From Thermoplasmatales archaeon (lineage in GTDB: Archaea > Thermoplasmatota > Thermoplasmata > Thermoplasmatales > GCA-001856825), in the NCBI GenBank assembly GCA_027343225.1, contig DAHWMK010000005.1, positions 98,630 through 162,629 of the forward strand: a stretch of DNA of 64,000 nucleotides, written 5' to 3'. Shown piece after piece: positions 45,111-54,501 of the stretch; position 1 is the stretch's first letter, and every line of letters begins with the position of its first letter. Both the position numbers and the translations under genes were made by a program. The notes under the pieces are model-generated. The model made no database searches. It worked only from the letters and a program-made list of their open reading frames with translations, and was not told where the DNA came from.

Positions 45111-46454
45111 TTGACTGACGCAGTCTTAGTTAACAATCTATGGATGGTAATAGCTGCCCTTTTGGTTTTTCTGATGACAATTGCAATTGGATTTCTTGAA
45201 TACGGTGAACTAGGAAAACACTTTTCGAGTAGTATAATGAAGACATTATTAATCAGTGGTGGTGCCATTTTTCTAATGGCCCTTGTTGGCTTCAACATAG
45301 CCTTTGCCCCGACGTATCACGGCATAATTGGCATTCCTGCATACCATGGTCTGTTCTTTAGCGGTATGTTCTCTAATGCCTCCGGCGCCATAGAAGGTAC
45401 GTGGTGGTCGATGACTTCTCAGTACTTTGGTACTGGTCTAACCACGGGAACGTACTTTCTTTACGAAACGGCATTCGCGTCTGTCACCCTCGCCATAGTA
45501 GGAGTTGTGGCACTAAGGAAAATGAAAATGAGCGCTTTCCTTGCATATTCTGTCATATATTATGTTCTGATCTGGACCCTCCCTGCCGCTTGGATCTGGA
45601 ATCCAACGGGTTGGCTATACCAATTGGGCGTCAGGGATTTTGGTGGAGGATTAGTAGTACACGCCGCTGCTGGAATAGCCGGTCTTGCTATAGTTCTTAA
45701 AATTTGGAGAGAAGAAAAGGCAAAGGGACTGGCTGAGAGTCCACAGACGGCCGTCAGAATCGATCCTGCTTGGCTGACCTTGTCCATTTTGCTGTTATGG
45801 GCAGGATGGTTTGGGTTCAATGCAGGAAGCGTACTTGCATTTAACGGAGAGACTGTAGTCGTGGGGTTGAATACTTTTCTCGGAGCAGCTTCAGCACTTA
45901 TCTCAACTATGTTCTTTAGATTTTTAATTACAAAGAAAGACCCGGGATACATGTATGCTGTAAATGGTATACTCGTTGGTTTAATTCTCATGTCCCCCCT
46001 ATCTGGCTACATAAGTCCTGCCGTAGCTGTAGGGATAGGTCTTGTCGGTGGGCCTCTTTTTCTAGTCGGAGAGCGTGTAATGACTAGGAAATGGTTCAGT
46101 GATCCAATCGGTTTGTTTCCCACGCATCTCCTAATGGGTCTCTTCGGCTTCTTGATGATCGCATTCGTATCTCAAACCGGATTCTCTGTTGCATCTGGCG
46201 CAGCAAACCTTCCGAACGGTTTGCTGTTCGGTGGAGGGATAGCTGCTTTTAGACAGCTCGAACTGCAGGCTCTCGCAATTGTTGTGGTCGCTGCATTCGT
46301 CTTCTCACTAAGTTACGTTTCACTTTGGGTAATCGGGAAATTTACAAATGGAATAACTACGGTCTATGAAAAATCACTTTCAAAAAGTATCAGCATAGAT
46401 ACTCCTAGCAACCCTATTCCTGCGATTACTGAGGCAAGGGATGGCAAGAAATGA
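45111..46454 (+). CDS. amt: Ammonium transporter (Amt family)
   Basis: 447 aa, 11-12 TM, Amt blocks (NLWMVIAALLVFLM, DFGGGLVVHAAAGIAGL, GWFGFNAGS). TTG start; an upstream GTG runs into a stop. Confidence 0.9.
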   Translation: MTDAVLVNNLWMVIAALLVFLMTIAIGFLEYGELGKHFSSSIMKTLLISGGAIFLMALVGFNIAFAPTYHGIIGIPAYHGLFFSGMFSNASGAIEGTWWSMTSQYFGTGLTTGTYFLYETAFASVTLAIVGVVALRKMKMSAFLAYSVIYYVLIWTLPAAWIWNPTGWLYQLGVRDFGGGLVVHAAAGIAGLAIVLKIWREEKAKGLAESPQTAVRIDPAWLTLSILLLWAGWFGFNAGSVLAFNGETVVVGLNTFLGAASALISTMFFRFLITKKDPGYMYAVNGILVGLILMSPLSGYISPAVAVGIGLVGGPLFLVGERVMTRKWFSDPIGLFPTHLLMGLFGFLMIAFVSQTGFSVASGAANLPNGLLFGGGIAAFRQLELQALAIVVVAAFVFSLSYVSLWVIGKFTNGITTVYEKSLSKSISIDTPSNPIPAITEARDGKK

Positions 46455-46589
46455 CTTCTTGAACTCTCATATATTCAACATACCACACCTGAACTAAATC
46501 GTAATTAGGAAGAAAGACAGGCTCAGTAGATATGAGAAGTAGTTGGTTAGGAAATCGTACGAGAATCAACTTCCGGGACGGGTCTGATA

Positions 46590-47396
46590 TTATTCAAACT
46601 TTACTACAGCATTGTAGTACAGGGAATAGTCCCTAAAAACTTGGGGATATTTTTTTTGCTTGTTCTGGTTTACGAACCTCACTACGTGATTTGGCTCTCC
46701 AAATACTTCCTTTGAATTCTCATCCTTGAAATCAAATGTACAAAGATATTTCCCTCGAATCACGCCCGTCAACTTCTTGAGATCTTCGAGTGCCCTGATA
46801 TTGAAATCTACATCATACCAGCTCTTGCTTGTGTAAGGGGGATCTAGGTAGAAAAATACATTTTCTGCATGGTATTTCCTCATAAGCTCTCGAAAATCCA
46901 GATTCTCTATTGTCCACTTAGAAATTCTTGAACTAATGTCGCTGTAGTTGGAAAGGATTTTTAAGACCGTAGAATATGCTGATTTCTCCTTCTTGGTGCG
47001 ATAGGTGGATCCCATTCCTCCAAATCCCACGTTGAATTTATAAAAAGTCCTGAAGGCCGATTGAACCTCATCTTGAACATTCATTTTGCCCGAGCTGACC
47101 ATTTTGTAGTAACCATTGAACTGGTCCCTGCTTGAAGTCCACTTCCTCGCGACTTGAAGGAAGTTGTTTGGCCTTGACTTGATCACTTTGAACAGGTTAA
47201 AAATTTCTTTGTTCAAGTCGTTATATACTGTCTGGCTTGCATCAACATTGAGACACACTGCTCCAGATCCGCCAAAAACATCGATCAGAACAGATGCTCC
47301 AGTCTCAACAAATACCTTTTTTATAAGGGGGATTAATGTATTCTTAGTACCCGGATATTTGATTATTTTAGTAATAGGCACGTTCTCGCCAATCAA
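46590..47396 (-). CDS. dam: Dam-type (D12 class) N6-adenine DNA methyltransferase, with no adjacent restriction gene
   Basis: 268 aa. N-terminal KYPGTKN, motif I DVFGGSGAV, and motif IV LDPPY. Confidence 0.85.
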   Translation of the reverse strand: MIGENVPITKIIKYPGTKNTLIPLIKKVFVETGASVLIDVFGGSGAVCLNVDASQTVYNDLNKEIFNLFKVIKSRPNNFLQVARKWTSSRDQFNGYYKMVSSGKMNVQDEVQSAFRTFYKFNVGFGGMGSTYRTKKEKSAYSTVLKILSNYSDISSRISKWTIENLDFRELMRKYHAENVFFYLDPPYTSKSWYDVDFNIRALEDLKKLTGVIRGKYLCTFDFKDENSKEVFGEPNHVVRFVNQNKQKKYPQVFRDYSLYYNAVVKFE

Positions 47397-47479
47397 TCAT
47401 CAAATCTGATGCTGTTGCATCAAGTCGTCGAGCCTGCAATTATAATGATCGGTACAGTTACAGTTGGAATCCTGCTCTT

Positions 47480-47905
47480 TCATTTTAACCCTTGGTTCTG
47501 GTAATGGCCAGATCTGAGTTCATAGGTTTTGACAGCTTCCCTATCCATATTCAGGAATATCATTTGAAATACTCCTTTTTCTTTAACCACCTCTACAGTC
47601 TCCTCTCCGAGATTTTTAAGATAGAACCTAATCTTCCCCTTAAATCCGGCATCCACGAATCCAAAACTAGCCACCACACCTTTCCTAGCGTATGATGACC
47701 GGAGGAACATCATCGATCCCATGAACCCAGGAAGTGACACAGATTCAACAGTTTCTACCTGCGTGCCTTGATTAGGAGCTAAAATCACTTTATCTGTTAT
47801 GCTAAAATCATAGCCATTGGGAGTTAGTTTATTTGGATCAAACGGCTCAATAGACATCGTACCATGCTGAATAAGGTCCAGGATTGTTCCATCAGATACT
47901 ATCAT
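47480..47905 (-). CDS. dcd: dCTP deaminase / dUTPase-superfamily enzyme (short form)
   Basis: GYDFSI, RSSYARKGV and GFVDAGFKGKIRFYLKN blocks. The start is taken at the ATG (MIVSDGTILD) 2 codons inside the TTG-start track ORF. Confidence 0.8.
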   Translation of the reverse strand: MIVSDGTILDLIQHGTMSIEPFDPNKLTPNGYDFSITDKVILAPNQGTQVETVESVSLPGFMGSMMFLRSSYARKGVVASFGFVDAGFKGKIRFYLKNLGEETVEVVKEKGVFQMIFLNMDREAVKTYELRSGHYQNQGLK

Positions 47906-47945
47906 GCACAAAGAAAACTTTTATGTTTAAAATATTTGTCAAATA
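47906..47945. promoter_or_regulatory. Compact bidirectional promoter (back-to-back TATA boxes)
   Basis: A 40-bp spacer, GCACAAAGAAAACTTTTATGTTTAAAATATTTGTCAAATA, between divergent ATGs. TTTTATG and TTTAAAATATT are placed about 20-30 nt from each start, implying leaderless mRNAs in both directions. Confidence 0.5.
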
Positions 47946-49010
47946 ATGTTTGACGAAGAAACCGTAAACGCTTTTTCAGGTGGATATAAGGTTTCGGAGT
48001 CTGGTGTTGACACTTTGTTTGGACTACCAGCTTTTTCAAATCTGAAGAAGATTATAGCTTTTCCTGTCTCCATATCAATAAACGCCTTAGTTAGGAGAGG
48101 AAGTTCGGTTTCCTACCACGGCACGAACTCAATAGAACTTCCGTTCGAGATGTCCAAACTCTCCAATGATTGGTATGATCCGGTAAAGCTCATGACCAAT
48201 ATCGCAATTCAGAGAGGGTGGACTCATGCACCAACAATTCTAGTCGAAGAGAATCTTGGATATCAACTATCTATGGGTTATTATTCTGCATTCGTTGACC
48301 TGCTAGTTCAGTCCTTTTCGTTAGTCAATGATGTCACGCTCAGTACTTCGGAGTTCACTCAAATCAGTGGAGAAATTCAAGACAGAATTCGCGGACAGCA
48401 TTATGAACACGAGACAATAGCTAGGAAGCACGGAAAGGAAGGGAACCTGCTTTTCTATGATGTTTTAACAAGATCCTACAAGAATGAGAGTGTCAACTTC
48501 GAACCTTTCTCAATGTTCCTCATTTCTGAGAATTCTCTGACTTCGAACCAAAACTACTTGAATTTTCAGAAGAATTTCAAGAAATTTAACGAACGGAATA
48601 TGATAGGCAAGGATCCATCCTCTCTAGGTTATCCATACGTCGGAATAAGAAATCATCTTATGGCGGAAGAGGAGACGTATGGTCGAGCCATGGAGTCATT
48701 TTATGGCAATGACACAGAATCGTTCATCTCGATCATATCAAAATTTTCACAGTCTCTGGGATACAACCTTGGGGTAATTTCTGATTTTCAGCGGACAATG
48801 GCAAAACTCCTAGAAAGATATTCTGTAAAGACCTTTGTATTCAACATCAGTGAATATTCAGGTTCAATCTTGGTATTTGCTGATTCACTTGAGCTTTCAA
48901 GGATCAAGGACAATGTGATAAGAGACTATTACAATCTGGTAAATAGAACGATTAGATTAGATGAGCTTGTAATCTCGGGTAGTTCGACTAGCGAACTCAT
49001 CAGGATCTAA
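47946..49010 (+). CDS. Hypothetical protein, possibly a GHMP-kinase-like fold with degenerate motifs
   Basis: 354 aa. The size and layout resemble GHMP kinases, but the phosphate-binding motif is degenerate (ENLGYQLSMGYYSAFVDLL where P-x-GSGLGSSAA is expected). This is a weak, memory-based call. Confidence 0.5.
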   Translation: MFDEETVNAFSGGYKVSESGVDTLFGLPAFSNLKKIIAFPVSISINALVRRGSSVSYHGTNSIELPFEMSKLSNDWYDPVKLMTNIAIQRGWTHAPTILVEENLGYQLSMGYYSAFVDLLVQSFSLVNDVTLSTSEFTQISGEIQDRIRGQHYEHETIARKHGKEGNLLFYDVLTRSYKNESVNFEPFSMFLISENSLTSNQNYLNFQKNFKKFNERNMIGKDPSSLGYPYVGIRNHLMAEEETYGRAMESFYGNDTESFISIISKFSQSLGYNLGVISDFQRTMAKLLERYSVKTFVFNISEYSGSILVFADSLELSRIKDNVIRDYYNLVNRTIRLDELVISGSSTSELIRI

Positions 49011-49085
49011 AATTCGCCACAAGAATTCAAAGAACTTACTGACAGAGTGGGTAAAATATTAGTATTGACCTTAGAATGAGGGATA

Positions 49086-50417
49086 ATGCCTCTATTCGGA
49101 ACTAACGGTATAAGGGGAGTACTAAACGAAGACTTAATGGCCGACTTAGGTTATAAATTTGGAATGGCTGTCGGAACTCATTATCAAGATAGGGATATAG
49201 CACTTGCTTATGACAACAGGACTACCTCTCGACTGCTAAAGAACTTGGCAGAGGCGGGTCTTTTGAACTCCGGAAAGAATGCGATAGACCTTGGGATGAT
49301 ACCAACTCCAGCTATCCAGGTGTATTGCAAACTGAATGAAATTCCAGGAATTATGATAACCGCATCGCACAACCCACCAAATTTTAACGGGTTCAAAGTC
49401 ATAGCAAAGGATGGTACAAATCCTGGAAAGGCCGAAGAAGCAAAGATAGAAGAGTTAATCTTAAGTGAAAAGTTCAAAAATGCCAAATGGAACACTGTGG
49501 GTCTTTCTAGGGCAGACGATGCTATCACGCCCTACCTAAGAGAAATTATTAAGAATGTGGATCAAGAACGAATCAGGAAAAGGCAGTTCAGGGTGTTGGT
49601 GGATTGCGCTAATTCGACGACACTCGTAACGACTCCTAGGCTACTTAGCAAGCTGGGAGTGGAATATGTAAGCGTGAACGCGAATGAGGATGCCTTTTTC
49701 CCCGGTAGAGAACCAGAACCGACTGCAGAAAATATCAAGGAACTGATTTCTTTTGCCAAGAGTGTCAGATTCGACTTCTCTGTGGCTCACGACGGAGATG
49801 GAGATAGAGCAGTATTCATAAACGAGCTGGGCGAAATGATAGATGGAGATAAATTCGTTGCGCTAGTTGCAGACCACATATTAGAAAAAAAGAAGGGAGA
49901 CATAGTTTTTCCAGTCGCATCCAGTTTTCTGGTAGACAGGATAGCTGAAAAACACGGAGTAAATGTAATAAGAACTCCCGTTGGCGCACCAATAATATCG
50001 GAAACTCTCACTAAGACAAAGGGGGTAATGGGAGGAGAAGAAAATGGAAAGGTAATCCTACCACACTATCTCAACGGTGGAGATGGAGGACTGTCAGTTG
50101 CACTAGCACTAGATATAGTTGCCTCTAGGGGAAAAGAAATTTCAAGTCTAATCAAAGAACTACCTGATTACAAACTTAGAAGAATCAAAATCTCGAATAA
50201 ATACGACTTTGAAAGCATAAAAACAAAAATCAGAGATTTTTACCCCAGAATGACCCCCGACGAAATGGACGGTCTTAGACTTGTCGATAAAGACAGCTTT
50301 ATTCTCCTGAGGAAGTCAGGTACTGAACAGGCTATAAGAGTTTATATCAGTTCAATGAACTCGGAGTGGATTGAAATTAGGGAAAGAGAAATAATGAAAC
50401 TAATCGGCCCAAATTGA
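49086..50417 (+). CDS. Phosphohexomutase (phosphoglucosamine mutase / phosphomannomutase family)
   Basis: 443 aa. Active-site Ser loop TASHNPPNFNG, Mg loop AHDGDGDR, and sugar loop GGEENG. Confidence 0.9.
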   Translation: MPLFGTNGIRGVLNEDLMADLGYKFGMAVGTHYQDRDIALAYDNRTTSRLLKNLAEAGLLNSGKNAIDLGMIPTPAIQVYCKLNEIPGIMITASHNPPNFNGFKVIAKDGTNPGKAEEAKIEELILSEKFKNAKWNTVGLSRADDAITPYLREIIKNVDQERIRKRQFRVLVDCANSTTLVTTPRLLSKLGVEYVSVNANEDAFFPGREPEPTAENIKELISFAKSVRFDFSVAHDGDGDRAVFINELGEMIDGDKFVALVADHILEKKKGDIVFPVASSFLVDRIAEKHGVNVIRTPVGAPIISETLTKTKGVMGGEENGKVILPHYLNGGDGGLSVALALDIVASRGKEISSLIKELPDYKLRRIKISNKYDFESIKTKIRDFYPRMTPDEMDGLRLVDKDSFILLRKSGTEQAIRVYISSMNSEWIEIREREIMKLIGPN

Positions 50418-50830
50418 AGAAAGAAAGTACAAAAATCTTATATTATCTTCGTCTCTCTATAAGTATGCAAATAGGTATAGAGGGAGTAGCAAAGAGGGCT
50501 GGCCAAAGAATCAAAACAATATCGGAGGTCTTCTATCCACCCATAGACATTTCAGAGGAAGGAGAAGAGGTCCATATATATCTGGATCTGCCTGGATTCA
50601 AGAAAGAGGACGTCAAGATACTTAGTTCAAAGAATGGTTTGAAGGTGTCGGGAAAAAGGGAAAAAAGCATAGAAGGCAGGATAATCTATGAGGAGAGAGT
50701 CGAAGAATTCTCCAAGTTCATCAGGATAAGCAGCGAATTCGAGGCTGACTCTATTAGGGCCACAATGGAGAACGGCGTATTGGAAATTACTGTTAAGAGA
50801 AAGGAAGTAAAGAGTGTTCCAATAAGTTAG
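50414..50830 (+). CDS. hsp20: Small heat-shock protein (Hsp20/alpha-crystallin)
   Basis: Alpha-crystallin core VHIYLDLPGFKKEDVKI ... ENGVLEITV. The track start is a TTG overlapping the upstream stop; the ATG at 50462 (MQIGIEG) is an equally good start. Confidence 0.85.
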   Translation: MKKESTKILYYLRLSISMQIGIEGVAKRAGQRIKTISEVFYPPIDISEEGEEVHIYLDLPGFKKEDVKILSSKNGLKVSGKREKSIEGRIIYEERVEEFSKFIRISSEFEADSIRATMENGVLEITVKRKEVKSVPIS

Positions 50831-52353
50831 CCCCTAAATGAAAGCGCCACGAAAATGACTCCTCCGACAAACAGGAGAACTCCATAGACTGTACTCGTAA
50901 TGAGTATAGCGCCGGAGACAAGGAATCCCGATGCAATAATCGCGCTCGGGTAGTTCGGTTCTTTTTTACGGGGTTGGACCTTTACGGTGTTTCTCAATAG
51001 CTCTGGAATACTCAAGTAGTCGTTCACAATCTTCTGAATTTTCTTGGGCAGATCGAATAATCGCCGTTTCAATACTTTGTAAGAGGCTTTTTCCTCTTTC
51101 ATTATGTCAGCGACGACATCAACAAAATTAAAACTCGGATCAAGGGTCTTGCAGACACCATCCAGTATCACAGACATGCGGGCGAAAAGTGCTAGATTGT
51201 AAGGTAACCGAAATGGAAATCTAAACAGAACTGTATTTGCTCTATGAACGAGTTCCTGATATTCTATCTTGTTGATCTCCTTCCCTTCCAGATCCTTGAA
51301 GATAGTGCCCAACACTTCCTCCATAAACCTCCTGTCTGCCATCGGGTCTATCAGGTCGATATCTACAAGTACGTTCAGTAAGTGAGCAGCATCCAGAGTA
51401 GAGAGATAATAATATCCCATTAAGAGCTTGTCTCTCATCTGCTCAGTCAGTTCAGAGGTCATTCCATAGTCAAGTAAAACAAGTTTCTTGCTCTTGCTCC
51501 ATCCGAGATTTCCTGGATGAGGATCAGCGTGGAATCTGCCCTCTCTAAGTGCTAGTCTTAGAAAGAGCTCATCAATGATCTTCGCCAGTCGAACTGGATC
51601 TGCGTTGTTGCGCTTGAGTTCATCAACGTCAGTTATTTTAATGAAATCAATGAACTCCATCACAAGTACCCTGGATGTCGAAATCTCTTTGAAGACCTTC
51701 GGAACAATAACATCCATTTCAAGATCCAGTTCACTGATTTTGTCACCTATGATTTTAATGGACTCCGCTTCCCTTTCATAATCGAGCTCTAGTTCGAGAC
51801 TTGACAAAAACTGTTCTGTGAAGGTAGACAGTGAAAAAGTCTTCCCAGTGTATCTCTCTAACAGTCCTACGAAAGCTACAACCTTATCTCTATCTCTTCG
51901 AATAGTTTCTTGAATGTTTGGTCTGTTAACCTTTACCGCAACTACATTTCCCTTGTACTTGGCCTTGTAAACCAGACCCAAGCTAGCCCCAGAAACTCCT
52001 GTCTGGTCAAAATCTTCAAAGACCTCGTTGATCTTTCCAACTTCATTTTCTATAAGGTGTCTAACAGGCTCAAACGGTGGCATCGGAACCGAGTCCTGCA
52101 GATCGGTCAAAATCTCAATATACTCTTCAGGAACCACATCTCGCCTAGAGGATAGCAGTTGTCCCAGTTTTATGAAGAGGGGACCTGACTTTATCATGGC
52201 GTCCCTTAATTTGACTGCTTCCCTGATGCTTCTTTGTCTCTCAGGAGGCTTTCCGGTTTTCTCCAGCGTTTTTTGATAATATCGCAAATATCTAGCTCTT
52301 GGAAAGTATCTTAATGCTACTCCTAATCCTCGAAGCTTTCCAGTTAGAGTCAT
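50827..52353 (-). CDS. ABC1/UbiB-family atypical protein kinase with a C-terminal membrane anchor
   Basis: 508 aa. ABC1 blocks (KLGQLLSSRRDVVPEEY, HADPHPGN, LLDYGM) and two C-terminal TM helices. Confidence 0.88.
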   Translation of the reverse strand: MTLTGKLRGLGVALRYFPRARYLRYYQKTLEKTGKPPERQRSIREAVKLRDAMIKSGPLFIKLGQLLSSRRDVVPEEYIEILTDLQDSVPMPPFEPVRHLIENEVGKINEVFEDFDQTGVSGASLGLVYKAKYKGNVVAVKVNRPNIQETIRRDRDKVVAFVGLLERYTGKTFSLSTFTEQFLSSLELELDYEREAESIKIIGDKISELDLEMDVIVPKVFKEISTSRVLVMEFIDFIKITDVDELKRNNADPVRLAKIIDELFLRLALREGRFHADPHPGNLGWSKSKKLVLLDYGMTSELTEQMRDKLLMGYYYLSTLDAAHLLNVLVDIDLIDPMADRRFMEEVLGTIFKDLEGKEINKIEYQELVHRANTVLFRFPFRLPYNLALFARMSVILDGVCKTLDPSFNFVDVVADIMKEEKASYKVLKRRLFDLPKKIQKIVNDYLSIPELLRNTVKVQPRKKEPNYPSAIIASGFLVSGAILITSTVYGVLLFVGGVIFVALSFRG

Positions 52354-52586
52354 TACCGCATGAATTCAATCAAGTGTATAATTATATTTGATTTTCTCAT
52401 CCTGCTTAATATTTGAATATTCTGCGGATATTTGCAAGTAATCTTTGAGACCAGTTGGCTCAACTTCGAGCTGCCCTGAGAGGATCCGGCGATTTTTAAG
52501 TATGCCATTCTTAAGTAAAATCGATCAGCCATTCGATTGGGAATGAAAAGTTATTATCTGTTCATCGATATGGTAAAAAGGTTTGA

Positions 52587-53798
52587 ATGGAGACTCTGAC
52601 TCTGATTGGTTGCCAGTTTGGTGACGAGGGTAAGGGCAAAATTATAGATCATCTTTCAAAGGATTTCGATATCAATGTTCGATTTAATGGAGGAGAGAAC
52701 GCGGGTCATACAGTTGTCATTGGAGATAGAACAATAAAGTATCACCTTGTACCGGCCGGTTTTTTGAGGACCAAAACAGTTGTTATCGCTAGAGGGGTCG
52801 TCATAAATCTCAGCCGACTTATAGAGGAAATCGCATTCTTGAAAACTTTCAGATCCAGTTTTGACCTTAAAATCTCTAACCTCGCACATATTGTCACTCA
52901 GTTACACTTCAAAAGGGATAGCTATCTAGAGCAACTCAGGGGAGAGGGTAAGATAGGTACTACTCTGAAGGGTATCGGTCCAGCCTATGAATCTAAAGCT
53001 GGAAGGTATGGGATAAGGCTAGTTGACTTCAGAGACCCTGACGGTCTAGGCAAGCGACTTTCTCTTCTAAGTAAAATTTACCAGATCCCACTGGAAGAGG
53101 GATACGTTGCTAGTCTGATGGCAGATTATGCAAAAATAGAACCATACATCTCTGACACAAGAGCTTATTTGGAGGAGGAGCTAAACAGTGGAAAGAGGGC
53201 GTTGTTTGAGACGGCAAACGGGACGTTTATAGATCTTGACTCTGGCACGTACCCATTCGTGACTTCTTCCTATACTACTTCTGGCGGAGTGACTGTCGGT
53301 ACAGGTCTTTCTCCAAAGTACTTTTCTAAATTCCTGGGTGTAGCTAAGGCATACACAACGCGTGTAGGCGAGGGGGTCTTTCCAACAGAAATGAGTGGTC
53401 CAGAAGCGGACAAGCTCCGAAAGCTTGGTAATGAATTCGGAACAACAACTGGGAGACCCAGACGAGTAGGATATCTTGACCTTCCCATGTTAAGAAAAGC
53501 AGTCAAGCTGAATTCCCTTGACTATATTGCTTTGACAAAAGTCGACATTCTGGGGCGCATGGATAAGATAAAGATTGCAACTTCGTACGAATCCAATGGT
53601 TCAGAGATTCTGGAATTTGATCCTGCGGCTATTCCAGACAAAGTAAATTATGAAACCTTCGCTCCATGGCACGACGACCCGAATAAATTGGAAGACTACA
53701 TTGACTTCATTCAGGAGGAACTGAAAGTTCCAATAGTACTGATCGGAGTAGGAGAAAGGAGGGATGACATTGAAACCAGGGGACAGATAAATCTATAA
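52587..53798 (+). CDS. purA: Adenylosuccinate synthetase
   Basis: 403 aa. GCQFGDEGKGK P-loop, GGENAGHTV, and TTTGRPRR. Confidence 0.93.
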   Translation: METLTLIGCQFGDEGKGKIIDHLSKDFDINVRFNGGENAGHTVVIGDRTIKYHLVPAGFLRTKTVVIARGVVINLSRLIEEIAFLKTFRSSFDLKISNLAHIVTQLHFKRDSYLEQLRGEGKIGTTLKGIGPAYESKAGRYGIRLVDFRDPDGLGKRLSLLSKIYQIPLEEGYVASLMADYAKIEPYISDTRAYLEEELNSGKRALFETANGTFIDLDSGTYPFVTSSYTTSGGVTVGTGLSPKYFSKFLGVAKAYTTRVGEGVFPTEMSGPEADKLRKLGNEFGTTTGRPRRVGYLDLPMLRKAVKLNSLDYIALTKVDILGRMDKIKIATSYESNGSEILEFDPAAIPDKVNYETFAPWHDDPNKLEDYIDFIQEELKVPIVLIGVGERRDDIETRGQINL

Positions 53799-53893
53799 GG
53801 AAAGTATATGCCAAAAACCTAGGTTGTCAAACTGTGAGCTTGGGACCAGGCTTATTGCGCAATATTTATAGAGGGAGTGTTATTCATTAATCG

Positions 53894-54322
53894 GTGAAAA
53901 GGCACTTTCTTTCTAAACGGGAGACAAAAGAATTCAAAACGCTCTTGGATAGTTTTGGAATTTCAGTTGAGTCGAAAACCCTCGAGATCGAGGAAAACGA
54001 CCACTCAGTAATATATGACGGTTCAGTCCCTATCTTAGTCAAGTTCCAAGAGAAGTGGCTTCCTACCTTGAAAATCATGAATGCAAGGAATTTCCCGAAA
54101 GTAGTAATAGATCAAGGTGCCTATGAAGGGATCAAGAACGGTGCCAATTTGTATTCTGCAGGAGTAAAGAGCGTAGTAGGAACTCTTAGGAAAGGACTCA
54201 CCTGCATCATTGAAGACCCGGCAGGAAGACAGGTTGGGTCTGCTTCAGTTGAATCCGATGAGACAGATATCATAAGCAAGAAGCGGGGGTCCTACCTTAA
54301 AGTTTACGAACTTTACAAGTGA
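53894..54322 (+). CDS. PUA-domain RNA-binding protein
   Basis: 142 aa. The C-terminal half (VIDQGAYEGIKNGANLYSAGV ... GSASVE) is PUA-like. GTG start. Confidence 0.7.
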   Translation: MKRHFLSKRETKEFKTLLDSFGISVESKTLEIEENDHSVIYDGSVPILVKFQEKWLPTLKIMNARNFPKVVIDQGAYEGIKNGANLYSAGVKSVVGTLRKGLTCIIEDPAGRQVGSASVESDETDIISKKRGSYLKVYELYK

Positions 54323-54501
54323 TAACTTAGACACAGATTTTCATTAAGATCTTATTCTCGGGACTACATAATATGAGTATAGCGAAAATGCTCGACTAGC
54401 AAAGATAGAGGGATAACAATGAAAAAGTGATTGATCAAAACCTGATCTGATGAACTCTAGTCTGCCTGAAAAGTTAAATAATATCCAACTTCTCCTCAGT
54501 C

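Noticed and set aside
47480-47911. dCTP deaminase as part of a nucleotide-depletion antiviral system together with dam
   Set aside because: The protein is a minimal housekeeping-type dCTP deaminase/dUTPase without extra sensor or kinase domains. Archaea need it for dTTP synthesis, and adjacency to dam alone is not evidence for a defence role.
52440-52586. CCCUGAGAGGAUCC and an AAUCGA/UCGAUU hairpin upstream of purA, as a possible riboswitch
   Set aside because: CUGAGA alone is not diagnostic, and none of the other TPP (or purine) aptamer blocks are present. The hairpin is short and unconserved as far as I can judge.
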